A stretch of DNA of 64,000 bases from Macrostomum lignano (GCA_002269645.1 NIVC01000864.1:186001-250000), one strand, 5' to 3'; positions 49,741 to 61,752 are shown, numbered from the stretch's first letter. Numbers and translations: made by a program. Notes: generated from the letters alone by a model not told the origin.

Positions 49741-50269
49741 GAGTAGATCGAGTAGTACTAGATATCAGACTACTGATAGAGAGAAAGAGAGAGGAGTTTC
49801 CTGTTTGTGAAAGCAACCCCACGGTCGCATTGTGCAAATTGCAGTTTTCAACTGCAGACTTGGCTCGTATTAATAATTAGCATCTTTATCCGGGATCGGG
49901 GAGAAGCTAAAACTTCTGAGACTACTGATAGAAAGACTGATAGATCGATCGAGTTTAGCTTCCGGCGTCCGCAGTGTCTCGAATCTCGGCCGCGCTCCGA
50001 ACTCGACAGGAGAATTATCTTGGAACTGCTGACGAACTCGTAATCCTACGGTCATAAATATTTTATCAAAGTGTAGGTATAATATTCTTCGTTTTATTAT
50101 TCCCATTGGTAAGTTGCAGTTCGCAGTATTTTATTTGGCACCTCCAAATTTGTATGAAAATAATTTTAATGCAGATAAACCGTTGAAAAACTGAAGCAGA
50201 CGGACGCTAAACTCGGTTTTCTTAGAAGTCAGCTGGCCGGTGAGGGGTCGTATGTTTGCCCTGTTTAGT

Positions 50270-50910
50270 AAAGGGGAGAAGGAGAGATGGCGAGAAGGAG
50301 ATAGGGTGAGGAGAGGTGAAGAAGGAGAGGAAGAATATGAGAGGGTGAGAAGGAAAAGGGGGAGAAGGAGAGAGGGGGAGAAGAAGAGAGGGGAGAAGGA
50401 GAGAGGGGGAGAAGAAGGAGAGGGGGAGAAGGAGAGAGGGGGAGAAAGAGAGGGGAGAAGGAGAGGGGGAGAAGGAGAGAAGGGAGAAGGAGAGGGGGAG
50501 AAGGAGAGAGGGGGAGAAGGAGAGAGGAGGAGAAGGAGAGGGGGAGAAGGAGAGAGGGGGAGGAGAGGGGAGAAGGAGAGAGGGGGAGAAGGAGAGAGGG
50601 GGAGAAGGGGAGGGGGAGAAGGAGAGGGGGAGAAGGAGAGAAGGAGAGAGAAGGAGAAGGGGAGAAGGAGAGAGGGGGAGAAGGAGAGGGGTGGAAGGAG
50701 AGAGGGGTAGAAAGAGGAGAAGAAGGAGAGGGGCAGAAGGAGAGAGGGGAGAAGATGAGAGGGTGAGAAGGAAAGGGGGAGAAGGAGAGAGGTGGAAGGA
50801 GAGAGGTGGAAGGAGAGAGGGGTAGAAAGAGAGAGAAGAAGGAGAGGGGGAGAAGGAGAGAGGGGGAGAAGGGGAGCGAGGGAGAAAGAAAGGGAGAGAA
50901 AAGCGGCAAA
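50270..50910. repeat. Purine-rich low-complexity tract (GGAGAAGGAGAGAGG-like)
   Basis: Direct reading. Confidence 0.9.
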
Positions 50911-51705
50911 GCAGGATGGGGAGATACCCTCGCAGTCTATGGCTTAAAGGCAGACGCTCATCAGCTTAGCGAAATTTGACAAAACTTGTTTTTACTATAA
51001 TTCTTCGGCTATAAGTTACCCAAATGCATTTTGGGTAACTTATCCAATCTTCAATAGCTCCAATCTTCGTGTGAGTCATCGATCATAATTCAGAGAATAA
51101 ACAAAACAGGGAGAAAAATAGACAGCAGAGGCTTGCAGCGAAATGAGGAAACAGGTCAGAGAACGAGAGGATAAAAGGAAATCGGGCAGAAGCCGCGGGG
51201 ATCTGAGTGCCTTCTTTGAGCATCTTCCGCCAGGTTTTACGACCCTGTCTTCCTCAGTGAGCTTCATCATTGAGGGAGCAGGAAGATGAGGCTAAATTGT
51301 GAGCTATGGGATAAGAAATCCCCTAGCAGTTTTACGATGCCCAAAATTTACGACTCGAATAATGAGGGTTGGGAAGCTTTCAATGGACTCTCAGCCACTA
51401 TCGAAGTCGCTTCGTGGTTATATATTTGGCTCCCATTATATTGGCTTCAGTTCAGTCCCAGAGCGTCGGGTAACTTCGGATATTTCGCTACGATGTGCGC
51501 TCCATGATTTACTCACATACAGATTCGAATAGACCACAACACAACAGCAACTTTGCTCAGCGACAGAAGTCAGACTGAAGCCCAGTCACAGGGTCGTTGC
51601 CACATGACACTGCAAAGTCAAGCTGAATCAGTCCCTGAGCTGAATTCGAGTTCCATTAATAAACAATATAACAATTTGAAGTTCAACTTATACTTTTTTC
51701 ATTAA

Positions 51706-52731
51706 CCACTTCGCGCCCAAGCTTGGTTCCGCAAGATGGCTTAAAAGCCCAAAGGCCTGCAGAGCAGTCCATAGACAAATTTGTCTTTTTTGCTGAATCG
51801 AGTGCACACCCTAGAAGCCCAGAAGTAAAGTATATCACATAGTTTTTCAGCTAGCTCCTGTTCAAACCTTCCTACCCACAAATGGCTTTTACGCGGCCGA
51901 ATAGGACAGCTAAAAGTGACGCCTTGCGTAGACTGGGACTCGATTCCGATTCGGAAGACGCTTTATCAAGCAATGACTCGACGGTTTTTGAGTCAGAAAC
52001 GGAGTCGGAAGGCATGGATCCAGAAATTGATCAGAGCCAAGATGAGGCGACCGCGGAATGGGTTGAAGTAACCCCTGGAAATGACAACTCGTTTGACCAC
52101 GACGGGGTGCCGGAATTCCGAGGGTTTTTGACCATCAATCTAAGCACTGGTCTACCAGAAAATCCAGACGAAAGTATGAAATAATTTTTATCAATCTTCC
52201 TGACTGAAGAGTTTCTCACCACCGTCTTGTCACATGGACCAATGAGCGAATGTGGTTGGCTGTCAGGGAGTTCCAGCAGGAGAGTGCAGAAATGGCGAGG
52301 AAGAGAGCGAGAGTTGTTGTTGAGCTTAGCGGCGAAGTGCTGGGCGAAGGATACCACAAATACACGGACGACTCCCTGCAACGGAAGCCCAGACTCGCCC
52401 AAGCAAACGATTCCGAATTTGAAACCTGACGTTCCAGCTAAGAAGACAGTATTTTGCTGCAGCCAATGTCCCGGAAATCCTGGTCTCTGTCCAGATCCAT
52501 GCTAATTCATCCACGCTTTATTTCCCCTTTAACATTTCCCATTTGAGTGAAAACACAATAGAAATGCACAATGGACGTCTTTAAATCAGTCATGGCCTGC
52601 ACAGCAGGCCATACTGGGCACTTGCTTTAGTGATTGGGAGATGGTTTTTGATGCCATAGACATTTTTCAATCTCTGGGTTTCTGGGCCGTTTCGGTATGG
52701 CCTGCAGTGCAGGCCTTTGGCTTCCAAATGG
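51706..52731 (+). mobile_element. Internally deleted piggyBac-family element
   Basis: Flanked by TTAA (51702-51705 and 52732-52735); imperfect inverted ends with subterminal GGCCTGCA-CAG-CCATA motifs; acidic N-terminus (51882-52184) fused to the piggyBac C-terminal Cys domain CSQCPGNPGLCPDPC. Confidence 0.75.
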
Positions 52732-52746
52732 TTAAAAATTTAGTTA

Positions 52747-53333
52747 TTATCTGATTGTAGGAAAAGTTATCGGAATTTTAAGTCACTTCACTTCGAACTA
52801 TCATTATTATTATTAATTTTTTAGCATTCAATGTAATTTCCATCAGAGGCAATAACCTCCTGCCAACGTGCATGCAGAGAATGGATGCCCTTGCGGTGCC
52901 ACTCGGAGCTGTGGGAGCCGAAGAAGTCATGCAAATGCTTCTCCAAGTCCTCCTCATCCTTGAAGCTGTGATCAGCCATGGACTTTCTGAGCGCGACAAA
53001 AAGGTGGTAATCGGTAGGCGCAATATCTGGGCTGTAAGGTGGGTGGAGAAGAACCTCCCAACCAAGCGCCAGCAGCAGAGAGAATGGGCAACTTCCATGC
53101 GACTATCCAGGTCATGGGCTGCCAGCTTGTGAGGCACCCAGCACCTGAGTTTAGCTTTCATCTCCATCTGGCAGAGATGATCGGCGACGGTCGTCCAGTT
53201 GGCTGCTGATTGTTCTCAGCGAGGAGCGCTTCCAGGGCATATCGTCATCGAGTTCAGGTGGACACACACTGCAAGGTCTGTCCTCAAGGCCCAGTTCTCC
53301 ATTCTCAAGGTGCTTTTACCAATCGTACCTAAT
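52747..53333 (-). mobile_element. Internally deleted mariner (Tc1/mariner) element
   Basis: WVPHKL motif and, in a shifted frame, HPPYSPDIAPTDYHLF...RWQEVIASDGNY; most of the DDD domain is deleted. Confidence 0.88.
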
Positions 53334-53419
53334 CGACTCTAAAATTATAGCTGAACTCCAACAGCGTGTCGATGGATGAATAAGATATTAACTTGAAATG
53401 CTATCCACATTCCAAGATA

Positions 53420-53610
53420 AAAGAGTTAAAGGGGAAAAATTGCTTGCATGTGATATGAGCCAGCAGCTAATCATCATTTTCTCCAAATATTTTCATGTCG
53501 AGTCAAAAATAAAAATAAATGCGCTTATACTATTGAACAGAGAGTAGCCAGTCAAATTGATACATCCAGATAGGGCTGAGTGAACCATCTAGGGTATTTA
53601 GTATCTGTGA
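53420..53610 (+). repeat. Dispersed repeat, copy 1 (about 190 bp)
   Basis: Shares AGCAGCTAATCATCATTTTCTCC...GTCAAATTGA...GAGTGAACCATC...AGTATCTGTG with 58175-58350. Confidence 0.8.
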
Positions 53611-55989
53611 TTGGCAGTGACCTAAGCTGGGGTGACCTCGCACTAACAATAATCAATAGGAGAATTGTAATTCGTTAGAAAAAGTAGCCCTGCTCGGGAA
53701 ACTTTAATCCACTGCTAATTGTAAACAGTGATAGTGATGAGAACGCACTTTTTTCCAAATCTCACGCTCGCACACGGGCTCTAAACTTGCTAGCCTACTG
53801 ACAGCCGGCTATGGGCATTTTTCGCCTTTTTGTGTAGTTTTTCTAGAATTCATACTAGTAGGATTTTTGTAGCTATATGATTTTGCCGTACTTGTAGTTA
53901 TAATAACATAGGTGCAGCTTTTGGTACTTTTGGGGTCATAAATCATTGCTTTTGAGCTGGTCTGACACTGACAGCCACCTGCGCCTCGCTCAGTGTTGAG
54001 GCTGGTGCCAGATTTGGGATTAGCGATTAGGGATTTCTCTTCACCATCTTCACCTACTACTTAATAAGATCTTTCCAATGCATATTTTTTCATTGATTTT
54101 TGTAACTCCTACGCGAATGGTCATAAATCATTATGTAGCGATTTTGAGTGAGTTATGACTGCACCTGGCGTATTTTTTTGGCCCCGAGGGAACTAATAGG
54201 ATCATCTGGTCACGTGAGTTTGGGTGGCAAAAAGTTCAGCCAATCAGAAAATTCGACGTCAGTTATAACAAATCGGCTCAGCCAATCAGCGTCGAGGTGT
54301 TCCATTATGACAAACTGCGGTCCAGTTGGCGGCTATTTAAACCGGTGTTTTTGGCCCGCTCGGGCTTCAACCGGTTCAACCCCTGCAAATCCTTTCTGGA
54401 GACCGGCCAGGAACTTGCTCTCTCTCTGGCCTGACCGTCGTTTCTTGATCCGCGGATTGCAACTCCCCCCATCATCATCAAGGACGAATTCCCCCGGTCA
54501 TCAGCAGTGAACATCAAAGTGAAGAGCATCACCTGCTAGCTATCTGCGAAGATTGTGACATCAGCATCATCCCGAGTCTACAGCTGCAAAGCACTAAGCC
54601 GATTCGGTCATTGCGGATTACCTGGTCTCCGACTGTTGAGTTTCTGATTGGTTTGGTGAGAGGCTACCTAGACTTGCTTGATTGGGTGATCCCTTATCTG
54701 TCCCCTATTTCAGTAGCTGGATTAGGCGCACACTTTTGCTCATTTTGTTCAGCAGTGCTGTTATTGAGGCAGAAATCATTCAATAATATTGAATTAGTAG
54801 TCTGAAACACCAATTCAATCTGAGGTGTTAAGTGAATCAGTGAGAAGGTTAAATCTGACAGTCATTTTTATCGGTTTTATTTCTTTGCTCGCCGATGGCT
54901 CAGATGAGTAGCTAAGCTAGTAGGCGCCGGTCACAGTGGACCAATGGCAAAGCAGTTTTCAGTCGATCAATCTATCAAATCAGTGAGCAAAACTGCCAGA
55001 AGTGCAGAATCGGCGCCAGAGATGTACTTTGTGCACCCTAGGGTAGCCAAGCGGCTCGGGTAAATGAATCATGCGGTCTCTGAAGTTCGAGTTAGCCTAT
55101 CATCAGCGCTAGGAGAGGTTAGTTGGCGCGTTGAAGGCCAAAAGTACATATCTTCGTATTTAGCAATGTAATAGCACATGCAGCTGCCCCATAGTCTCGC
55201 CACTGCAAGAATCCCCTGCACAAGTCCCCTCTGTACCTGCATGGCCAATGCGATCAAGTTCCAGCAGTGTCCCTTATCATCGGCTGACTTCGAGATTGAC
55301 AGCAAAAAGACACTAGTTGGCAGGTAAGTGCTAAGCCCCCTCTATAGTCGGAAGCCCGATTTCGAAAGTTCCGGTTTGGTCAGCCAGGACGCACGGGCTG
55401 GTGGCAGCGGGTTAGTTAATCTGCGGATTAGCTGATCTCTACCTTCAAAATTCTCCCTGCTTGTCTCTCGCTGTCCCTCTCTTAGCTATAGGACCTAGAC
55501 TGCTCGCCACACGATCAAGCTACCATGGGGCTGACCATCTGACAGGAGTGGGGGGCCAGGACTCTAATTGATTTTTTCTGAGAACTGAGGCCCGAAGGCT
55601 TCCCGAAAGGGGCCGAAAAGGCCGAAACCCATCAATAGCTTACTCAGTGCCTTACCCACAGTTTCTTACCTCTCGGGCACTAACCGACGGAAATACGCAA
55701 TTATTCGTCCAAAATTACGAATTATTGACTCGATAATTTGAACCTCATTTCACAGAATACAAACAAGATGAGAGACGAGAGAAGAGGCGAGAGATTTGGG
55801 AGGGGAGAAGAAGTAGGGGAGATGAGGAGAGAAGAGAGGAGAGAGGGGAGAGAGAAGAGATAGGAGAGAACAGAGGAGAGGAGAGGGGGACAGCGATAGC
55901 GGGAGTTGGGCATGTGGGCCTTAGCTGCCGTGAGTTGAGTTGAATTTTTCTCTGGGTGGTTTTTTGCTAAGTCCCTGCTTGCGATGCCA

Positions 55990-56537
55990 GTGTTGTGGCT
56001 GCGAGAAAGGCGTCCCACCAGCTAAGGATCTCACGGAGATCATTGTGCACGCGCAGTTACTTGTAGTGCCGCTGCTGCTTCAGCTCACTGAGCTCGAGCA
56101 GGAGTGGTCTCAGAAAGCACCTCCCCTGCGAACTACCTGGCAGACTCAGTTTGAGCGGCCACAGAGCGATCGGAGTTGGCGCTTGATGATGCGTTTGCGA
56201 GAGAGCGCGGATTACAGTCAGTTTGTCCTTCGGAAGCTCCAGCAGGCCGCTGAAGGTGTAGATGAGGACGCCCAGGTAGACCAGCCTGGTGCACGGCGCC
56301 AACACCTTGCTCCAGTTGATGGAGAAGCCAAGTTTCCGCAGCAGATTCAGCAGAGTGTCGAGAGCGAGCTGGCAGTCGTACTTGCTGGGGGCAGCTACGG
56401 CGAAGTCGTCGAGATAGCTTCAGATGTCGTTGAAGCCCCGCCTCTGCATCATGCGCTTGACGGCCTGGCTGGGGCGGTGAAAGACTTTAACGGAGGCGGC
56501 AGCGCCGAAGGGGAGCCGCGTGTCGCAGATGTACGAG
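55990..56537 (-). mobile_element. Degenerate DIRS/Ngaro-type retrotransposon reverse transcriptase fragment
   Basis: Minus-strand reading RLPFG...*SYLDDF...LLRKLGFSINWSKVLAPCTRLVYLGV...LELPKDKL with an in-frame stop; ADDRLTR (RNase-H-end-like) near 55090. Confidence 0.8.
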
Positions 56538-57267
56538 GGAAATTTGATTCGCTTTCATATTGGATTCTGAAGCACCATGAGATTCTAAATGCACTATTGG
56601 ATTGTGTTTGCACCATTGGATTGTATTTGTACCATTGGATTGTGTTGGCACCAAGAGACTGTCTTGGCACCAAGAGATTGTGTTAGCACCAAGGGATTCT
56701 GCATCATAATATTCTGAACAATAAGATTAGCATGAAAATGTTTAACTCAGAAGGTAAAGTTTCACTCCGAGGTGGAAATATCGCAAGTTTTTCCTATATT
56801 TTTAAATCAAAAGTAGGTATTTATCTAAAAAAACCAAGATGGTTGGAGAATGACAGCGATAAATAAAAGTACATCTTGTTGTTTTCTAGCTCTTTCGCTA
56901 GAAAATTTGCTGTCTCATATGATATTCTGTTCTCTAAGTTCAACTTGAACCTGTTCCCTACGCCTGACCGCCCTCAGGCCCATAGACTATTTGCCGCTTG
57001 CTGCCGCTCGAGCCGCCCTGTTTTGGAGTTTGGTCTAAAAGTACTTTTATACAGCAATCAATTAATGCACGAAGCTTAGAGCCGGCAGCTCAGCAGAATT
57101 TCTGTCTGTGGCTGAAACTCCCATGGCTCTGATGCGAGTACAGGTCGAGATCGAGAGGAGCGGTTTCGCTTCGAGCTGAGTTGCCTGCCAGCCCCAGTTC
57201 ATCTCTTGCAGAGCCAACGCTCAGTATAGAAATTCTGCCAACTTTTATCTGCACAGAATCCTTAAAT

Positions 57268-57456
57268 ATGAGGCTAAAAAACGTCAGCACAATCTTCATG
57301 ACTTTTCTGGCTGCTTTTTGCATCCAGCTCGATGCGTCAAGCAAACTGCATCTCGCTGATGACGGCTACTATAACGACTTGCTAGTCTTTGTGCAAATAC
57401 CTGCAGACGGCAACGTGCAGGAGAAGCACTATGCTCATCTACTTCATGTGCTGCAG
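57268..57456 (+). CDS. CLCA: CLCA-family protein, exon 1 (signal peptide plus LHLADDGYYNDLLV)
   Basis: Resembles the CLCA N-terminus (L-x-x-NGY-x-x-I-V); donor CAG|GTGAGG. Confidence 0.7.
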
Positions 57457-57535
57457 GTGAGGCATAATACGCTAGGATTGTGTGATATTGAAATTGAAGT
57501 CTGGGAGAATATCCAGTGCTGCTTTGACCTTTCAG

Positions 57536-57839
57536 ACCGCCCTTCGGGAGGCCTCGGACATCTTGGAGAAGCTCACCCATAATGTGGGCCGCCGTCTCGG
57601 CTTCGGCGAGGTCAGCGTGCTGCTGCCGCACAGTCTGGGTGAGAAGCTCGCCGAATTGAACGATTCGAGGCTTCAGCTGCACCCGGCGACGTGGCAGCGG
57701 CGAGAAAACGCGGATTTCGTTGTCTCTCCGGACATAAAGGAGTCTGATGAGGGTGTCGTGAATGAACGCGTGTGTGGAGTTCAAGCAGAAAAAGTAAAAC
57801 TCTCGACTAAGAGTCTCGAGTCCAGCAACATCTACAGAT
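57536..57839 (+). CDS. CLCA: CLCA-family protein, exon 2
   Basis: EASDIL...FGEVSVLLP...ENADFVV...CGVQAEKVKL aligns with CLCA ASxYLF...FKNVAILIP...NADVLV...CGEKGERIHL; phases 0 and 1. Confidence 0.8.
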
Positions 57840-58174
57840 GTGAGAATCCTCTTGATGCTTGATTAATTAATATTCTATGCTTGATTAGGTAATATTCAGG
57901 TTTAGTTATATAGAAATTCTTGATGCTTAATAGATTTTATAGGTTGCATAAAACAATCGATTCACATGTACATGTATAACAAACACTAAATACACACTAA
58001 GTTCACTCAACTAAGCTCCGATATTTAGCAAAAGTACTCCCTGTTCAGTAGTATAAGGGTAAAAAGCAACATTTTTTTATTCAACTGGCTACTCTAGTGT
58101 ATTTTAATACCATGTCAGGTTTGGCGATAGATAACATAATTTATTTAACTTTAACTTTTAACTTCAACTTTAAA

Positions 58175-58350
58175 GACGGAAAAGTTGCTTGCGTGTGCCA
58201 TAAGCAGCTAATCATCATTTTCTCCTAATATTTTCATGTCAAAACAAAAAATAAAGCACAAATGCGCTTTTGCTACTGGACAGAGAGCAGAAAGTCAAAT
58301 TGACACATCAAGGTTGTGTTGAGTGAACCATCAAGTGTATATAGTATCTG
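58175..58350 (+). repeat. Dispersed repeat, copy 2 (CLCA intron)
   Basis: Homologous to 53420-53610. Confidence 0.8.
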
Positions 58351-58673
58351 TGCTATCGATCAAACTCCTCCGAAAGCAAGGGTAGTCAAGTGTTCTTTCT
58401 TATAAAACAAAACAGCAACATGTGGCATTCAAGCATCTGCTACTATAAAAAGCGATCAGTTCTTGTGAAAGAACAACAGAAAAACTATTTTTTACAAACT
58501 TAAATCAGTATGAAAATTAACGTTTCAAGGAGGTACAAAATTTGTAACTATTTAATCTAATAGCTCTTAAAATAAAAATTAACGACTCCTGGTGATCAAA
58601 GTCCCACAACTTAAAGAAGCCACACTCTTCCCCATTGCTGCCACGGCTCCACCCCGATCCGCACATCCCACAG

Positions 58674-59206
58674 CGGTGGCCAGGACGATGGCGCTGTACT
58701 TTTCGCAGTTCCGCTGGGGCCTGTTCAGCGAAGCCCCACTGGGTGACCCGATACAGAAGAACAAGGATCCGTTTAACAGAGTTCTTTCTCGGCTCCCTTC
58801 CTGCAACCCGGACCTGCAGGTGAAGCTGGAAGTGGCCAGTGGCAGTCAAACCGGACACAGCTGCAAATTCGGCGAACCCAACTGCAAAATCGTGGTGACC
58901 GAGCCAGCGTACTCCAACGCTGCCTCCTTTCTGTTCGCGCCCTACAGGGCCGGAGTGACCCGCTTCTGCGATGCGGACTTTAAGGTTTCCGACCCCAGGC
59001 ACAGGCACAACAAGGATGCCGAAAACTTACACAACATGAATTGCCATCGACGCAGCGCTGCGGAGGTCATCAGAGACCACGAGGATTTTCTACGGCCCAT
59101 CAACTCTGCTACTACAATGAACTCGAATTTCAATGTTCGTCTGGTGGTTGAACCCAAAAGACGCCGCCTTGTGATCGTCATGGATACCTCCGGTAGCATG
59201 GGATCG
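58674..59206 (+). CDS. CLCA: CLCA-family protein, exon 3 (degenerate metalloprotease site, Cys-rich region, start of VWA)
   Basis: LYFSQFRWGLFSE, ASFLF...RFCD...HNKDAENLHNMNCHRRSAAEVIRDHEDF, LVIVMDTSGSM; phases 1 and 0. Confidence 0.88.
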
Positions 59207-59411
59207 GTGAGAAGCCGCTTGCTTTGTCTCAGCTGCGTCGCTTCTTTGCCTCAATTCCATGCTGTGCTCTACCCGAATCGCTTTGTAACAATTCATAAAT
59301 TCTTACGCAATCGTGCTTGCTGGCTTAATTAATTCTTTATTCAATTTTTATAATAAGTACACAAGGGTAAACATCCAGCAATTCATTTTTACCCATTTCG
59401 GACCCATTCAG

Positions 59412-59639
59412 GACAACCGAATGCAAAGTTTAATTGGCGCAGTGAACCATTACATTGCCTTTACTCTGGAGACCGGGTCAGAGTGCGCCCTGATCAGCTT
59501 TACTGGCAACCCCACTGTGCTGCAAAATTTCATCCTGGTTGACTCGCCGGCTGTTCGACGTCAGCTGATGCAATCCGTCTCGAATCTGACTACAAAAGGA
59601 TGGACCTGCATTGGTAAAGCTGTTCAAGAGGCTATGAAG
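59412..59639 (+). CDS. CLCA: CLCA-family protein, exon 4 (VWA)
   Basis: NRMQSL...ALISF...GWTCIGKAVQEA; phase 0-0. Confidence 0.88.
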
Positions 59640-59751
59640 GTGAGTGATTTGGTCATTGAACAGATTTACGCACAGTCAGATTCTTAGACAAGCCATAGTT
59701 CAGGCGAGGTACCACTGACTGAATCCCCTACTCCTCAATCAAATCACCCAG

Positions 59752-59818
59752 CTGCTAGGTGAGGACCCAACAAGCCCAACTAATCGATCGACGGGTCAGA
59801 TACTTTTGGTCTCAGATG
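59752..59818 (+). CDS. CLCA: CLCA-family protein, exon 5 (VWA, GQILLVSDG)
   Basis: Matches VWA GxxIVLLTDG; ends in phase 1 with no matching downstream exon found. Confidence 0.6.
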
Positions 59819-60094
59819 GTTAATGGTTAATGTCTGGTTAATGGTTTAACTAGACATCCTTTATGCTTAACACGCGCTTATTTTTTGTTTGACATTACTC
59901 GTACGTTTCTTTCTTTGTCAAGTTCACACTTTTTCTCCTTAAAAAGCATTCTCCTAAAAAATGTATATATTACAAACTATTTTAGCATAGCAGAGGTAAT
60001 AACGCAATAAGAAGTTAATAATACCTGTGAATATTATAAAATATAAAATATAAACATAAAATAAATGGCATTAATAAATCGCTAATCATTACAG

Positions 60095-60337
60095 CTGGAT
60101 TCGAGGCAAGTTCCCTCTGACCTGCGGTATCCGGTGGAATTCGACGTCAGTGCTCGCAGCAACCTCGTCTTCTCGCTGTTTCTGCCAAGCGATCCCGCCA
60201 AGGTTGGCTCTCTGCGCCTCATGCTTCGGTCGCCGAGCGGTAGGACTTTCGATTGCTCTGGTGGCAGCAGCGCCATTTGCACAGTCGATGTTGCAGTCGG
60301 ATCCGTGACAGTGCAAATTCCTGATGCAGAGATAGAG
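60095..60337 (+). CDS. CLCA: CLCA-family protein, beta-rich domain exon
   Basis: LDSRQV...FDVSARSNLVFSL...LRSPSG; acceptor TTACAG, donor GTCAGT. Confidence 0.75.
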
Positions 60338-60558
60338 GTCAGTTGACTCAATTTACGTGCGGTATGAGCCAATGCTCTCGCTTGCTGGAGGGATTACTTT
60401 ACGACGATAAAAGTAAAAAACAGAAACAAGGAAATCCAAACAGCTACGCTCGTACTTCACTTAGTTAGGGCAGTTAGTTACTAAGAACTAGTAATTCCCC
60501 AACTTTAGGGACTTAAAATAATATTAATCGCCTCGCTTCAAACCCGCCACTCCAACAG

Positions 60559-60876
60559 AGCGGAAAGTGGACGCTGGCGAATCTCGCAGTCGGTCTCGCA
60601 CGCCGGATTCGCAGACAGGCGGCCTCAAACATGCATGTAGTTATCACTGGAAAACCGTTTACTTAAAGTTACTTAAAGTTTACTTAAGGCTTCCTAAAGA
60701 TTCTATCATTAAGGTGTCACCAAACAATGTGAAAATGGTCAAGTATGATACTTCAATCAGTGTCGTCGTGTATCTGTTACCAACATCCCAAATTCGACAT
60801 AACTATCGAATGCACGCAGTTGTCACAGCAGGAAACACAGAAGTGGCTCGATTTAATCTTTTGGAACAACATGGCA
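60559..60876 (+). CDS. CLCA: CLCA-family protein, exon(s) SGKWTL...RRIRRQA...LLEQHG (needs a 32-nt intron at 60657-60688 or a 1-nt frameshift)
   Basis: GxW motif and LLxxxG resemble the CLCA beta domain; internal junction uncertain. Confidence 0.55.
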
Positions 60877-60969
60877 GTGAGTAAAAACTAAACATTCAGT
60901 AGCTGAATTTAAACTGGTACTCTCAGACAATCATTTAAAACTCGTATTACTCAAATTTGCTTCGTACAG

Positions 60970-61242
60970 ATAAAGGAGTATTCACTGCCAAGGTACCTCT
61001 CTATGCAGTACAGAAAGCTGGCCAGTACGCTATTGATGTGTTTATCACGGACCCGTTCAAAACACAGCAGTCTGCCGGCACTTTAACTGTTCAGGCGGAG
61101 GACCCCAACTTTAACAGACGTCGTCTTATTCCTGAACCAATCACGGCGATCTATATAAGTAAAAGAGATTATACCAGCAAAATAATTGAGATCAAATGGA
61201 ATCCAGTTAAAGATCCATCTGGTCTACTCCCGCCTAAAGCAG
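60970..61242 (+). CDS. CLCA: CLCA-family protein, exon (GVFTA... into FnIII-like PEPITAI...IEIKWNPVKD)
   Basis: Phase 1-1; resembles CLCA DGVYS and the FnIII start P-x-x-I-x-D-L...W. Confidence 0.7.
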
Positions 61243-61501
61243 GTAGGTGTTACGCTTGAAGCAGCTCTGCTGATTTTTGAATACAAGCTGAAATATATAA
61301 ACTACAAGTTTCAATACGAGAAAAGCTGAACTATAAGTTGTACTCGTACAGAAACCTTTTTTCTTCACGCTACTAAGTTACCAAAACACACTCTTTGGCA
61401 TCGGGTTAAAAGAGACAACAGGGCCCCAATATCTTTTCCACAGCCGTCATGCACATTTCACTGATTCTAACGCTTACGAGCACCCAAATTACCTCCAACA
61501 G

Positions 61502-61752
61502 AAGTGCCTGTCTACAGTCTTCGCTACGAAGAATCAGGGGACAACTGCGCCGCTGTAAACGGATATTACTCCTGTCCGGAACTGGCTGTCACCAACCAAT
61601 CTTCGGTAAACATCTACAACCAGTATATGGCTCTCAATGAGCCTCCGATGTGGATAGCAGTGATTGCCATTTCCGCTGCAAACGTGCCCAGTGTGTCTAG
61701 AACTTTAATGCGCATTCAAGATACGAAGCCCTTGGCCGCTGAAGACTTGAAG
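61502..61752 (+). CDS. CLCA: CLCA-family protein, FnIII-like exon (YSLRY...WIAVIAISAANVPSVS)
   Basis: Phases 1 and 0; acceptor CCAACAG, donor GTATTA. Confidence 0.65.

Noticed and set aside
55940-56686. 248-aa plus-strand ORF as a gene
   Set aside because: It is the antisense shadow of the GC-rich DIRS/Ngaro RT fragment.
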